Translations under genes and position numbers: made by a program
Part shown: positions 1-13,354 of the stretch, in pieces
Layout: every line of letters begins with the position of its first letter
How positions within the stretch are numbered: position 1 is the first letter of the stretch
NCBI GenBank assembly: GCA_951406725.2
Contig: OX597819.1
Location: forward strand, 28,644,001 to 28,708,000
Length of the DNA stretch: 64,000 nucleotides
Source: Octopus vulgaris
Taxonomy: Eukaryota
Direction: 5' to 3'
Notes under the pieces: model-generated
Database searches by the model: none
What the model saw: only the letters and a program-made list of their open reading frames with translations
What the model was told of the DNA's origin: nothing

Positions 1-149
1 GATGGTGGCTTCATTAAGATAGAAATGAAAGAAATATATGTGTATGTGTGTCTACATCTACTGTATCTTCTTCAAGAAGTTAAACTTGTGTCAAGCTCAC
101 AATTAACAACTGAAATCTCGAGAAAGATCATTGGTGATGGGGTACTCTA

Positions 150-353
150 ATGATCTGTTACATGGATCATGGGTTAAAGAGTTTACAGGGAAGTAGAGAT
201 CACAAGACAGATGAGCAAAACAGGAGAATGCAGTTGGTAGCTAGTGTGAAAGGAGCGAAGGAAAGAAATAGATACAAAAGAAAAGGTTTAAAAGATTTAG
301 AAAGAATGGAAGTCAATAGGAAGGAGATTAATGGTCAGCCGATAAGACAGTAA
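150..353 (+). pseudogene. Possible highly decayed RTE-type LINE C-terminal fragment
   Basis: DHKTDEQNRRMQLVASVKGAKERNRYKRKGLKDLERMEVN loosely follows the RTE C-terminal pattern GH..R.DE...V.G.R.RGRP...KDL; weak similarity only. Confidence 0.3.
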
Positions 354-427
354 CTTTATTAAAATAAATAACGAAAAACTCACCTCTTATTCTTGTGTGT
401 TATTTGGAAAATTTACCAAAAATGCTA

Positions 428-648
428 TATGAGTGGGTACAGAAAAGTTCCTTGTTTTGGGTAGAAGAAAACACAGGAGGATCAGTTAATCATGATTTTA
501 TTTAACATATTCCCCTCTCAGATTCACACACTTATTGCAGCAGTCCTTAAGTTTTTCTTAGCCTTGTAAAAGAACTGGGAAGGTTGGGCCTCCAATCAAG
601 TCTTTCACAATACCCTTAAAGCCTGGAACTTTTTGGCATCTCCTTGTA
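428..648 (-). mobile_element. Mariner-derived MITE (~220 bp)
   Basis: TA-bounded imperfect TIRs (tgagtgggtacagaaaagttcc / ggaactttttggcatctccttg); reverse-complement homolog of 11257-11477. Confidence 0.75.
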
Positions 649-1249
649 TATCTAGTGTATTATGAATAAATAAAGCTCTGGTTTATTTAAAAAAAAATAT
701 GCTAGTTTTTCATGTCTTTTCATGAACAGTATTGCATATCTTAGGATTCTCTTGCCAATATATCAGAAAGCACTGTGAAATCTATGCTTTATAAAAGAGG
801 TCTAATAAGACCAAAACATATCCAGAGTTGTATCCCATATTTGTTGAAATAGCTATAAAAATATTAGTCATTGGACTAATGTTGTTGTCTTTTCTTCATA
901 ACATAAATATTTTTAATAATATTTTTTATACTCACTGCATTAAATATGTTAACACACATATAGAAGGTGTCTCTCAGTAATTAATAACAGTAGTTTAACT
1001 TTGTAAGATAGGCTCATTCTTTATACCTCCCTAGTTACAATATTGCACATCAATTCAATGATTCAGCAAGTATGACAGCATCTATATTTTTGCTGACTGG
1101 GGAGGTCTAATAACACTGAATCTTGTCTAGATTTTTCTCCCATTATTACTGAAATGATTAAAACATTATTAGTCATTGAGTTATTAATTTTGTCATTACT
1201 TCACCACATGATTATTTTTAATTAACTTATTGATAGTCTCAACATCACC

Positions 1250-1580
1250 CCCTTTTAATGTCCATTCTCCATACTGGAATGGTTTGAACAGTTTGACAAG
1301 AGCTGGCCAGCTGCATAGCTGCCTGGGTACCAGTTGTCTGTTTTGGCATGATTTCTATGGCTGGATGCCCTTCCTAATGACAGCCCCTTTACAGAGTATA
1401 CTGGGTGCTTTTATGTGACACCAGCTCTAGTGCTTTTACATGGAACCCACATGGACACTTTTATGTTGAATCAGCATAGGTTCCTTTATGTGGTACTGGC
1501 ATAGACACTTATACATGGTACCAGCATAAACACTTTTACATGGCACTGTCATAGGTTCTTTTATATGGCACCAGCACCTA
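1250..1580 (-). mobile_element. RTE-related 3' tail/UTR fragment with degenerate ~20-24 bp internal repeats
   Basis: ggctggatgcccttcctaa motif shared with the RTE tails at 5600-5760 and 46540-46770; repeated ttttatgtggcaccagcat units. Confidence 0.65.
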
Positions 1581-1752
1581 CATTGAATATATTTGTCCCT
1601 AACTTAACTATGATTTGTCTATAACTTTTTAGTTTGTGTATAACTTAAACATAATCTATACTCTTCACAGTATCATAATTCTATTTATGATTGTGATGCT
1701 TTTATTTATAACAATTAACATGAAGGTTACAAAAAAAAAAAAGACATGTTAA

Positions 1753-1975
1753 TCCTTTTGTTACCATATCTTTTTGATGAAATACACTGCTCTTGTTTCA
1801 ATTAGTTTTGAAAATAATTAGGAATTAGTAAAATAACTTGATTGTCATTAAGCTGGTGTCTGGAACATAAATTACCATGCAATTTTGGTGGAATATTTTA
1901 ATTTAAATCACTTTAAAACAGGGAGTTTGTATCAGAGAACTTGCTGTGATCTCTAGTGGATTGAAATCAAAAGCG
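1753..1975. mobile_element. Candidate piggyBac-type MITE (degenerate)
   Basis: TTAA on both sides; imperfect TIR ccttttgttacca / tgaaatcaaaagcg. Confidence 0.45.
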
Positions 1976-1989
1976 TTAATGATGATTTG

Positions 1990-2208
1990 TAATATTGGTT
2001 TCAAATTTTGGCATCAGGCCAGCAATTTTGGGAAGGGGTAAGTCGATTGTGTCGATTCCAGTGATAAACTTGTACTTATTTTATCAACCACGAAAGGACG
2101 AAATGCAAAATTGACCCTGGTATAATTTGAACTCAGAATGTAAAGATAGATGACATGCCACTAAGCATTTTCTCCCTTGGGCTAATTGTTCTGCCAGCTT
2201 GCTGCCTT
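1990..2208 (-). mobile_element. tRNA-derived SINE, Nin/Deu-like core family
   Basis: Reverse complement of the family at 60177-60398 (ttctgagttcaaat B box; ttcgtcctttcgtggttgataaaataagtac core). Confidence 0.75.
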
Positions 2209-2234
2209 GATTTGTAATATTGGCACAACAGGGT

Positions 2235-2452
2235 AAGGTGGCAAGCAGGCAGAATCATTAACATGCTGAGTGAAATGTTTAGCAACATTTCATCCATCTT
2301 TATGGTCTAAGATCAAATTCTCTTGAAGTCAACTTTGCTTCCCATCCTTTTGAGGTAAATAAAATAAGTAAAGTTGAACACTGGGGTTGATGTAATCGAC
2401 ATATCCCTACCCACCAAAATTCTTGACCTTGTGTCAAAATTTGAAACCAATA
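2235..2452 (+). mobile_element. tRNA-derived SINE, Nin/Deu-like core family (head-to-head with 1990-2208)
   Basis: aaggtggcaagcaggcagaatc...catccttttgaggtaaataaaataagta...aaatttgaaaccaatatt. Confidence 0.75.
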
Positions 2453-3085
2453 TTGGCACAATAGCACACATCTCCGGTAAATTTGTATAGTTAATTCTAA
2501 CATGTTGAATTGACTATACTGGTCATTAAGAATACATGACTGGTACTTTATTTTATTGGCCCAAGATTGATGAAAGGCAAAGGAACCTTTGGTGGGATTT
2601 GAACTAAGAATGTAAAGAGTCATAACAAAATACTGAATGATATCATGTTTGGTATTGTAACAGCTTTTCCAATTTATCATTCCAGTGCAAGTTAATTGAG
2701 AGGTTACTTAATGGAACTTGTTACTGAAACAACATAGCTCAAACCAATAAAGAATTCCCTATGTGTCCCTCAATCTGCCAGAAATAGCAGGTAATTACTC
2801 TAAAATTACACTTTATCATCATAAAAAAAATGTGATTTTTTTGCATTCTTCTTTGGATTGTTACCATACTTGAGAACATCTTTCAAGGGTTTTAGGTAGG
2901 TGTGTCAATCGCAGTACCTTGTCTGGTATTTATTGCATCAATTTTATGAGATGCAAAGTATAAAGTGGAAATTGGTGTAATGGGAAACAATGAAGGGTAT
3001 TTTCAGGAGCACAATGCAGCTCTGGGGCTCACCAGATCCTGTCAAATTGTCTGATCCCTGCCAGCATGGAAAATAGACATTGATG

Positions 3086-3117
<32 letters not shown>

Positions 3118-3918
3118 GATGATATATGCACCTAATCACAACTAGAACGCCTTTGATCATAGGTCTGCTATGCCAAAGTTGACCTGGGGTTTAACAACAA
3201 CGAGAACACAACAGTGTATCTTATTTGCTTTATTGCCAGTAGTTACATGAATACACTGCAACACTTCAATCAATACTAAAATATAATATCTATTTCTGTT
3301 TTTATTGAAATGTGAAGGAATCAAACAACACGAAGTAGTTTGACTGTAAAGTTTTATGATTATTAATTCACAGACACATTTTATCACTCTTCTCTCTATA
3401 TATATCTTCAGTATACATGTGGGCTTTTTATTTGATTCAAAATTCTATAATATTGAACACATTGTTGATTATCCCAAAAGAAAAAAACATTAATTTTGGG
3501 TTCAATTTTTAAAGCTAAGTACAGACCATCTGGGAGGGTTAGAAGAGTCCTGTGTTATTACAAAACTTCAATGAATGCCATTGATATAGAATATTTGTGG
3601 TACGATAGTAAAAAGTTTTAAGAAAAAATTTAAGTTTTCCTTCATAACTATGATTGGTTCTACTGTCAAGAAACAGCTACTAAATCTCCCTCAAATTACA
3701 TTCTATCATCTCTATATATAAAATCTGTATATAAAAGTAGTATAGATTGCATGAAGCATGTCTGAACTAGATAAATGTTTTTAATTTTTTTTTAAAAGCT
3801 AAAACAATGTGAATTATAAGAAATCATACAAGTTGAGGACTTCCTGAAGAAGGGGCCCTAATTTTGAGATATTGAAATACAAGATAAAAGTAGAAACAAT
3901 CAACTTTCTTATAACATA

Positions 3919-4317
3919 CTAGCAGTATCACCCGGCGTTGCTCAGGTTTGTAAGGGAAATAACTATATAAGCATTTTTAGAGAGTTATAGCCAAAATATA
4001 GCAAAAAAATGCATTAAAAATGGAAAAAAATGATGGTAAATTTTTTTAAAAATCGTTGACTCATCGTAGACATTTTTAGAGAGTTACTTCCCTTATATAA
4101 TAGCGAAAAAAATACATTAAAATGGAAAAAAAATGATGGTAAATTTTTTTTTAAATCGTAGACTCATCGTAGATGTGCGTTAATACCCAGAAGGGCTCGA
4201 TATGAATCACGACTATAAGATACCCGGTTTTGGTTAAACTGCACCGCAAAATGTGGAAGTAGTTAGGAATCTAAATCGTAGGAGACAGACACACAACTTC
4301 ACTTTTATATATAAAGA
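3919..4317 (-). mobile_element. Non-autonomous Helitron
   Basis: On the minus strand: 5' TC(tttatatataaaagtg), 3' hairpin cctgagcaacgccggg followed by tgatactgCTAG, A^T insertion site; internal ~100-bp tandem duplication; close copy at 58751-59144. Confidence 0.85.
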
Positions 4318-4664
4318 TATTGTTTTGACTTTTTAAAAAGAATCAAAAATCAAAAACCTTTATCATTATGTCAATTTACTTTCAGACATTTTTGCTGTAT
4401 ATAATTTCTGCCCAAAGATTTAATTTCACAATGTGCCAAACAACTCTATATTTGCTTGCTTCTTCATTAGTTTCAGATTTGTTGGACAAACACTTAATAT
4501 TGAAATATTATTTTTTACGTTGGTTGCCTTTCCTGTTATTTAAGGAAAAGATTTTTCTTTTTTTATTCTTCTTGTGTTTGACAATTTGTTAAAAGGGAAT
4601 GTTAACATAGTATCACTGTTTTTGCTGAAACAGCTTCCATCAAAGATGTGAAATGTAAGAATTC

Positions 4665-4760
4665 ATGTGTATAAATACATGTATATACATACATATATAC
4701 ATACACACACTCATACATACTTATAAATATATATGCATGTGTGTGTGTGCGTGTGTGTGC

Positions 4761-4809
<49 letters not shown>

Positions 4810-4904
4810 CATACACATATATATACACATATACATATATACATACACACACACACACACAGACATATATATACATATATACATATATATATATATATGT
4901 ATAA

Positions 4905-4940
<36 letters not shown>
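4665..4940. repeat. Compound (TA)n/(TG)n/(CA)n microsatellite
   Basis: Direct inspection; source of several spurious IY/TH/VC ORFs. Confidence 0.95.
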
Positions 4941-4942
<2 letters not shown>

Positions 4943-5756
4943 CATGCTTCGTTGGATATGCAATGTCAGTGTGCATGTATGACAGTGTAAGTATCTTGAG
5001 AGAAAAGTTGGGCATCAGAAGCATCAGATGTGGTGTGTAAGAGAGATGACTGTACTGGTGTGGTCATGTGATGCATATGGAGGAGGACAACTGTGTAAAT
5101 AAGTGCCAATCTCTGACAGTAGAGGGAACCTGTGGACGAGGTAGACCCAGGAGGACATGGGAAGGTGAAGCATGACTTTTGAATACTAGGCCTCACGAAG
5201 GCAATGATTAGTGGCTGAGACCTTTGGCAATATACTGTGCATGAGAAGACCTGTCAAGCCAAGTGAAACCATAGGTGTGGCTGATAGTGATGTCACATAA
5301 CTAGCACTCATGCTGGTGGCATGTAAAAAGCACCTTTTGAACATTTGGCCTCATGGAGGCAAAGTGGCTGTGCCAGTGTTGCATAACTAGCACCTGTACC
5401 AGTGCCACATAAAAAGCCCCTTTCAAGTGCTGGGTCTCATGGAGGCAATGATAAATGACTGAGACCCTTGGCAATATAACATACTTGAGTAGGAGACCCA
5501 TGAAGCCAAGTGAAATCATAGTTGTGGCAGATATTGGTGTCACACAACTGGCACCCATGTCGGTGGCATGTAAAAGCACCCATTACACTCTCAGAGTGGT
5601 TGGCGTTAGGAAGGGCATCCAGCCATAGAAACCATGCCAAATCAGATTGGAGTCTGGTGCATTCCCTCAGCTTACTAGCCTTGATCAACCTGTCCAACCC
5701 ATGCCAGTATAGACAAGAGACATTGAATGATGATGATGATGATGATGAAGATGATA
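4941..5756 (+). mobile_element. RTE-clade LINE 3' remnant (ORF C-terminus, 3'UTR, (GAT)n tail)
   Basis: SMLRWICNV...[14 protein letters not shown]...LYWCGHVMHMEEDNCV...VEGTCGRGRPRRTW with stops and frameshifts; duplicated UTR; ends in (GAT)n. Confidence 0.85.
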
Positions 5757-5791
<35 letters not shown>

Positions 5792-5797
<6 letters not shown>

Positions 5798-5926
5798 TAG
5801 GAAGGGCATCCAGCTGTAGAAACTCTGCCAGATCAAGACTGGAACCTGGTGCAGCCATCTGGTTTGCCAGCCCTCAGTCAAAATCATCCAAGCCATGCTA
5901 GCATGGAAAGCGGACGTTAAACGACA

Positions 5927-5958
<32 letters not shown>
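5792..5958 (+). mobile_element. RTE 3' tail copy with (GAT)n
   Basis: ggcattaggaagggcatccagc...ccatgctagcatggaaagcggacgttaaac(gat)n; further copies near 3030-3123, 13040-13130, 38420-38510(-), 41088-41135, 46540-46770. Confidence 0.8.
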
Positions 5959-5959
<1 letters not shown>

Positions 5960-6799
5960 CACACACATACAGACTGGCTTCCATAGAGTTTCTGTCTACC
6001 AATTCACCAATTTCACAAACAAGGTCCAACATAGTTATAGAAGACCCTTGTGACAAGTACCATATAGTGAAATTGAACTCCAAACCACATGGTCATGAAG
6101 TAAACACTGCATCCACACAGCATGTTTGAATTATATTTTTAATGTCAACTGTTATTGTAAATTTCCACAGAATCTGTTTTACATGGCACTTCTCTTGCAA
6201 CATACAGAAACGTATCCAAAATGATATTAAATGGATAAAGTTTTGAATTATTTGTCTCTATAAAGTGATTTATATTTAAAAGTGTTTCACTTTCCAGAGA
6301 TAGTAACAAAAAGAAAAAAAAGTGGAGACAGCTTGGAAAGTTTGTGCTATGTTATGTGTAATAAAAGAGATTGTGGGAATGAATATTTTAACCAAATTAA
6401 TTTGCAATATTGATCTTTCAGTTTGTTTTGTGAGAGTAACAGAATAATAATGTTAAAAGTCTTAATTTAAACCAGAATATTCTGATGTAAAAAAAAGAAA
6501 ACGAAAATAATGACTTTATAAGGTTTGATATTTTCATCCTGGTAGAGGAAGTTTAAAAGCTATTGAACTATTGACTTAGTTGGTAACAAAAACATTTTCT
6601 CTTTGCCTGAGAGACAGATTGTTTTGAGAGTTTTATGTAAAGTGTGTTAGAAGTCTTAGGCAAAGTATAATATGTATGTATGTATGTACGTATGTATGTA
6701 TTTGTGTATGTATGTATGTATGCATGCATGTATATATATTGTGCTAGGTAGACTGTGTTTGGGACATTAGAAGTACGATGTAGGTTGTGCTAAGCTCGG

Positions 6800-8590
6800 T
6801 GATGACAGGGGCTAATAAAGAAGTAAATCATTAATTAGTTTAAAGCCCAGCTTTTGTATTTTCAAGTGCTAAATACATAAATGAATATACAACAAAAACA
6901 ACAACAAAGTAAACAGTTAAAAGTAAATATTGACAGCTTACAAATTGTTGATTACGTACTTAGCTTTGCCAATCAAATACTAAGTCAATGGAAATGAAAG
7001 CAGTTTAAATTTCACTCCAGTTATTTTGAGTAGTGGTTTGTCATTCCAGTTGTTTTGAATCCTGATTCTTCATTCCAGTTAATTTGAATTTTGAGCCTTC
7101 ATTCCACTTGTTTTAAATCCTGATCTTTCTATTCTTGTTGTTTTAACACTCCTGATCCTTCATTCCAGTCATCTTGAATACTGATCATTCTTTTCACTTG
7201 TTTTGAATCCTTGCACTTAATTTCAATTGTTTGAACCATGATTCTTCATCCCAGTTCTTTTGAATCTCAAATCCTTATTCCAGTAATTTTTAACCGAGAG
7301 CCTTCATTCAAAGTCATTTTAAATCTTGATAATTTATTCCACTTGTTTTGAATCTGAATCTTTCATTCCAGTTGTTTCGAATTTTCACTTTTCATTCAAA
7401 TTATTTTGAATTATGATCCTTTATGCTAACTGTTTTGAGTTCTGATTTTTCATTCAAGTCATTTAAAATCCTGATCCTTTATTTTACTTGTTTTGAATCC
7501 TGGCACTTTATTCCATCTTTGAATACTGATCTGACATTTTGGTTGTTTTGAAGCCATATATTTCATCCCAGTTGTTTTGACTTCTGATCCTTAATCCCAG
7601 TTGTTTTGAATCCCGACCCTTAACTCTAGATGTTTTAAATTCTGATCCTTCAGTCTAGCTGTTTTAAATCTTAATCCATTATTCCAGTTGTTTTAAGTTC
7701 TAATCCTTCATTTCAGTTTTTTTTTTTGAATCCTCACACTTAATTTCAGTTGTTTTGCATTTTGATACTTCATTCCAGTTGTTTTAAATCATGATGCTTT
7801 ATTCCAGTTGTTTTGAATCCTGATCCTTCCCCAGCTGTTTTGAATCCTGATCTTTCATTCTAGTTGTTTTGAATCCTAATCCTCCATTTCAGTCCTTTTG
7901 AATTGTTATGCTTCGTTCCAGGTCTTTTGAATCCTGATTCTTTATTCCAGTTGCTTCGAATCCTAACATTTGATACTAATTGTTCTGAATTCTCAACTTC
8001 ATTCCAGTTGTTTTGAATCCTGATCTTTCATTATAACCATGTTGAGCCCTCACATTTCATTCTAGTTGTTTGAATCTTCATACTTCATTCCAAATATTTT
8101 TAATCTCATTCCTTCATTCTAGTTTGTTTTGAATCTTGATCCTACATTCCACTTATTTTGTATCCTGATCCTTCATCTCAGTTATTTTGAAATCTGATCC
8201 TTCATTCTACATGTTTTGCATCCTAATCCTTCTCTTTAGTTTTTTTACACTCTGATCTTTCAGTCCAGTTGTTTTGAATCCAGATTCTTTATTCCTATTA
8301 TTCTGAATCCTCACACTTCGATCCAGTTGTTTTAAATCACGATCCAGCATTCCGGTTATTCTGAATCTTCCCACTTTATTCCTGTTGTTTTAAATCATGA
8401 TCCATCATTCCAGTTGTTTTGAACCTTCACACTTCATTCCAGTTGTTTTGAATTCTGATCCTTCATTCCAGTTGTTTTGAATCCAGATCTTTCATTCTAG
8501 TTGTTTTAAAACCTTGATCCTTCATTCATCTTGTTTTGAATCCTGGTTCACATTCCAATTGTTTTGAACTCTGGCACTTCATTCTTGCAG
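6800..8590. repeat. ~210-bp leader followed by ~54 degenerate copies of a 29-bp minisatellite
   Basis: Consensus TTCATTCCAGTTGTTTTGAATCCTGATCC over ~7010-8590; leader homologous to 12130-12314. Confidence 0.9.
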
Positions 8591-8599
8591 CTTTCAACA

Positions 8600-9015
8600 T
8601 GTCTCTTTCATCTTTTACTTGTTTCAAACATTCAATTGTGGCCATACTGGGGCATTACCTTGAAAGGCTTTAGTGAAGCAAAAGAATCCCAGTACAGTTT
8701 TAGAGTCTGGTACTTATTATGTTGGTTTCTTTTGCTGAACTGCTAAGTTACAGAGGCGTAAAAAAAAAACAACACTAGTTATTGAACACTGATGGGGATG
8801 ACACACAGACACAAAAACATAGACACATACATACACACATGTACACACACACCTACACACACACACGATAGGATTCCACACAGTTTCCATCTACTAAATT
8901 CACTCTCAAGGCATTAGTCAGTACAGGGCTAAAGTAAAAGTCACTAACCAAAGTGCTGTGCAATGGGGTTGAACTTGAAACCTCATAGTTGCAAAATGAG
9001 AGCCTCTTAACTATG
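8600..9015 (-). mobile_element. tRNA-derived SINE (microsatellite-containing family), diverged
   Basis: Reverse complement of the 20009-20440 family (cttttacttgtttca...cagtttccatctactaaattcactc). Confidence 0.7.
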
Positions 9016-9699
9016 CATGGTGAAAAATCAACAGTTTTGTTAGAAACATTAAGCAGACTGTGATAGATTCTATGGTAATGCAAAATAGTCATGATTGCAA
9101 AGCACTGATATATTGAGCAACAAATGAAATGAGCAGGATTTGATGGATCAGAAATACAAACTTGAAGCTTACTGCCATCTTACAGCAGATGTATTGTTAT
9201 ATTTATGCAGGAGAAGTAATTAAATTGATAAATATCAATGACATATGTTGGTAAAAGAAAGTGGCATAAATGAAATGAGAATAGAGCAAATGTTAGCCAA
9301 ATTAGCTTCAGCAGAACTTAGAATAGTTAGTGTTAACATATCTACTGCATGGAGTATTAAAAGTTCGACTAGAAATAACTAATATTATTATTGGTATTAT
9401 TTTCTTAGTTTGTGTGGGAGACAACTCTGAACATGTTTTGATCATATTCTGACCTTCTCAGTAAAATGAAACCTTCAGAGCACTTGTTACATAATTGATG
9501 AAAGAATTCATAAGTGGAATTATTTAGGATAAAGAGGTAGATATGGCTATGTGCCTAATCTCAGGTTCAGTCTCACTGTATAGTATCTTGAGCAAGTGTC
9601 TTTTTCTATAGCACTGAGTTGACCAAGCCTTGTTAGTGGATTTGGTAGGTGAAAAACTAAAACAAGCCCAGTGTGTGTGAGTGTGCCTATGTACATATA

Positions 9700-10462
9700 C
9701 AGGGGGCTTAAAAGGTAATGAAAACACAATAATTCATCCAAAAATATAAGTGTTTTAAAAAATCAAAAAATATCATCTGGATTGTAGCTGGGAAATAACA
9801 GTTTACATAAAGTAACTACCCTCAGCTCCCACCATATTCTAAAGGTGGCTCCAGAACTTAGCATGTGTAGTCTTCACTGTGTCCCTGGAAGATCTAACAC
9901 CACCTTCATCTTGGCCACCAACTCATCCTTGGTGTTGCAGGCAGTGCAGTTAGTGTCTTTCTTAACCACAACCTATATACAGTAATTCATGGGATTACAA
10001 GTGGAGGAATTAGGAGGCCAGAAATTGGGACTGGTGGAGTCACAAAAATTTTCCGACAACCACTTCCGACTCTTTCCAGACATATAGCAAGAAACTGAAC
10101 CCTGCTGCTCCCCATATGGTCCTCCAGCAACGACCCTCTCCAGCCAGGATTTGACCACAGTCTCCGGCAGCTTCACATAGCTATCTGAACTGAGCGTAAG
10201 ACCCTGTTTATTAATTGCTGGATGAATTCTGGCATGTGGACTCAGTCAGAATGCCTGCCGTGTCCCTTCCTGGTGGCCATGGTTTTGTAGATTCCATTAC
10301 AGCTGTCATGTCTTTCAGCCTTTACAGTGTTCACAAAGCATTGAACAACAGTTATGATGTGGGTGCGGATCATCGTGATACAGGCAACAACTTTAATCCT
10401 TATGCTCTCCAATGCAGTTGGCTTCACCAATGCATCAAGCTGTTGCTGAAAAAAGGAGACAT

Positions 10463-10465
<3 letters not shown>
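9700..10465 (-). mobile_element. maT (DD37D)-type Tc1/mariner transposon relic
   Basis: TA-CAGGGG terminus; ORF 9973-10176 QQGSVSCY..KWLSENF..SPNFWPPNSSTCNPMNY, continuing ..KDTNCTACNTKDELVAK. Confidence 0.8.
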
Positions 10466-10494
<29 letters not shown>

Positions 10495-10496
<2 letters not shown>

Positions 10497-10807
10497 AATT
10501 AAGATAGGGGTTGTAAATGCAACCCTCCATGGGATAACATATATCCAATATACTGCTAGTGAAGTACCCAACAAAGATAATACATAAATGTTAATGATTG
10601 CGATGCAATCAATTCATTTACTGTATTATATGGGCAAAGGTAAAATGATTTACCACAAATTACTAATACAAGATAGGAAAATGGAGAAATACATCTAAAT
10701 CAAATATCAATTACCAGATAATACTCAATCACATACTTTATTAAACCACCACATAAGAGACTGTAGGGTTAAATATAAAAAGCAGAACAAATCAGTGTAC
10801 ATAAAGG

Positions 10808-10810
<3 letters not shown>
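10495..10810. mobile_element. (TA)n-inserted non-coding element with terminal hairpin (probable Penelope-like terminus)
   Basis: Bounded by (TA)n on both sides; ggggttgtaaatgcaaccctc hairpin near one end; same context as the HHR-bearing inserts; no HHR seen. Confidence 0.4.
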
Positions 10811-10847
<37 letters not shown>

Positions 10848-11012
10848 TATATAATATATGTATATAAATTAGAGAAGAACCACCATGTAACAATTCAGCA
10901 ATGATATAATTAAATCATACTATATAGAAAAAATTAAATATACGATAAAACATATACCTATAATTAAGTAAAGTACAAAATAATAAATAAATAGTATATA
11001 ATTATATATTTA

Positions 11013-11087
<75 letters not shown>

Positions 11088-11256
11088 ATATATATATAAC
11101 GACTATTTTGCTCAAAGTAGTGTTTTATACTTGGTTGTGCTTCCTGACACTATCCTTTACTTTCAAAGATGCATGGAATAATAGATCCCTTACTTGTAAA
11201 GTAGTTAAGAATTAGTGATGGGAAGGGAATACAGCCATGAAACAATGGTACAATAA

Positions 11257-11477
11257 TACAAGGGGGTGCTGAAAATTTCCTGGTTCTAAGGGTATCTCAA
11301 AAGGTCTGGTTGAAGGCCCGACCTTCCAAGTTCTTTTACAGGACTTAGAAAAACTGAAGGACTACTGCAATAAGTATGTGAATCTGAGAGAAAAATATGT
11401 TGAATATAATCATAATTAACAGATCCTTCTGTATTTTCTTTTACCCAAAGCCAGGAACTTCTCGGCATCCCCTCATA
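11257..11477 (+). mobile_element. Mariner-derived MITE retaining the transposase C-terminus
   Basis: TIRs tacaagggggtgctgaaaatttcctgg / ccaggaacttctcggcatcccctcata; internal frame FLQDLEKLKDYCNKYVNLREKYVE resembles the mariner end FF..GI.KL..RW.KCV...G.YVE. Confidence 0.8.
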
Positions 11478-12129
11478 TATTTGCCTAACCCATGCTAGCA
11501 TGGAAGAATGAACATAAAATGAACAAACAAATGATTTATGGAGATATGCTGTATGCAGAATTTTTCAAAGCTATTCCATCATGTTCAGAAAAATAGAAAA
11601 TAATAATAAAAAACCAAAACAAACACAAAAACGTTTATCTCAGACATGTTGTTGTTTATGCTTGCTTTGATCATTCTTTACTGCTACCAACTCTTCTCCA
11701 CAGACTCCCATCCTATAATTAGTATTCATATTCTAAAATGTTTTCACATGTTTTGCTGAACAGGATGCATTAATATACATAACATCTATTGGTGATATTC
11801 TTTGTTTAACAGTTATCCCATAATAAATGTCCTAAACATGATTAAACTTATGATGATAGTCAAATAACATAAAAAAAATTAAGCCAAAAAAATATAAAAA
11901 TTCTAATTAGAAGATTACCTGATTTATACAAGCTAAATATAAGAGCAAATAAATGACAAAATTAAAATGAAAAATATGTGTAGTAATTACTGGTTTGTTT
12001 TGTAATGTCAAAAAAAATAATATGAAAAAATGTATAGTATTAGTAGCCATGGACAGCATGTCTAATTAAACAATATCATTAATGAAGTTACAATATACCA
12101 AAGAATGAAACATGACAGAATATTAAGTT

Positions 12130-12735
12130 GATGATAGAGGCAAACGAAGAAGTAACTTAAATTAGTTTAAAATTCTACTTCTGTATTTTCAAGTGCTAAA
12201 AGAAAAAATAAAGCAAACAGCAGGAAATAAATAGGGATTGATAGTTTACAAAATACTAATTACTTTCTTGGCTTTGTCTGTCGAGTACTAAATCACTGGA
12301 AGTGAGAGCAGTTCAATTTACATTGCAGTTGTTTAGAATCCTGACACTTCATTCTAATAGTTTTGAATCCTGATCCTTCATCTCAGTATTTTGAATCTTG
12401 ATCCTTCATGCGAGTTGTTTTGAATCATGACACTTCATTTTATTTGTTTTAAATCCTGATCCTTCAGTCCAGTTGTTTTAAATCCTGACACTCCATTCAA
12501 GTTGTTTTGAGTCCTGATCTTCCATTCCAGTTGTTTTTAATCCTCACACTTCATTTCAGTTTTTTTGAATTCTAATCCTTCATCCCAATTATTTTGAATT
12601 TTAATACTTCATTTTTCATTGTTTTGAATCTTGATACTTCATCCAGTTGGTTTGAATTTTGATCCTCCATTCTACTTGTTTTGAATCCTGATTTTTCATT
12701 TCACTTATTTTAAGTGTGCGTATTTCATTTTAGTA
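12130..12735. repeat. Second copy of the leader + 29-bp minisatellite (~14 units)
   Basis: gatgatagaggc...ttctgtattttcaagtgctaaa...ggaagtgagagcagttc, then ttcattccagttgttttgaatcctgatcc units. Confidence 0.85.
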
Positions 12736-13354
12736 GATATCTATTGATACTTGACCTGTTACTTTTAGAATCCAGTGAATAATTTGAGAAAAACGATTGG
12801 GCAAATGGGAATTTTACAAATTAGTTTAAAGTCCTAGACTATATAAAATTACAATTTGATGATTTTTAAAAGGAATAGTTAGACCCCACTTTTTTTTTCT
12901 CACATATAATGGCACAAAGTCTTTGCAGTTCTAGTATAATGTATGTTATGGTATCAAATTTATATTAATGCACACAATATCCTGATGACGGACATTTAAG
13001 TATGTCATATGGAGCACATTGATTTGTGTATGACTATGTCAGATCAGACTGGAGCCTGGTGCAGGTCGAACCGTCCAACCCGTGCTAGCACGGAAAACGG
13101 ACGTTAAATGATGATGATGATGATGATGATTGGATCCAGGAAATAACATAAATTCAGCAGTAAGATCGTATCTGTAAACATGTGGCAGTGAAGTGTGCTT
13201 CATAATTAACTACCTCCCACCACCTCACCATGCCTACAATCAAAGTAAAAAAACAAACCAAAAACAACTTATCAATGATGTCAGCAAGGAAGTCAAAAAT
13301 TGATCTGGATTAGGAATAGTAGACTCAGATAGAGGGGAAGGTTACTGTTAGGGA

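Noticed and set aside
6298-6339. Short AG..GT bounded open segments (also near 9210-9250, 16690-16766 and 52392-52460)
   Set aside because: Weak donors, no recognisable protein similarity; expected by chance
7010-8590. CRISPR-like appearance (AT-rich leader + 29-bp repeats)
   Set aside because: Repeats are contiguous with no unique spacers, degenerate, in a eukaryotic context and with no cas genes
12978-13025. CTGATGA followed by a gacat/atgtc hairpin
   Set aside because: No GAAA or NUH/stem I partner; not called an HHR
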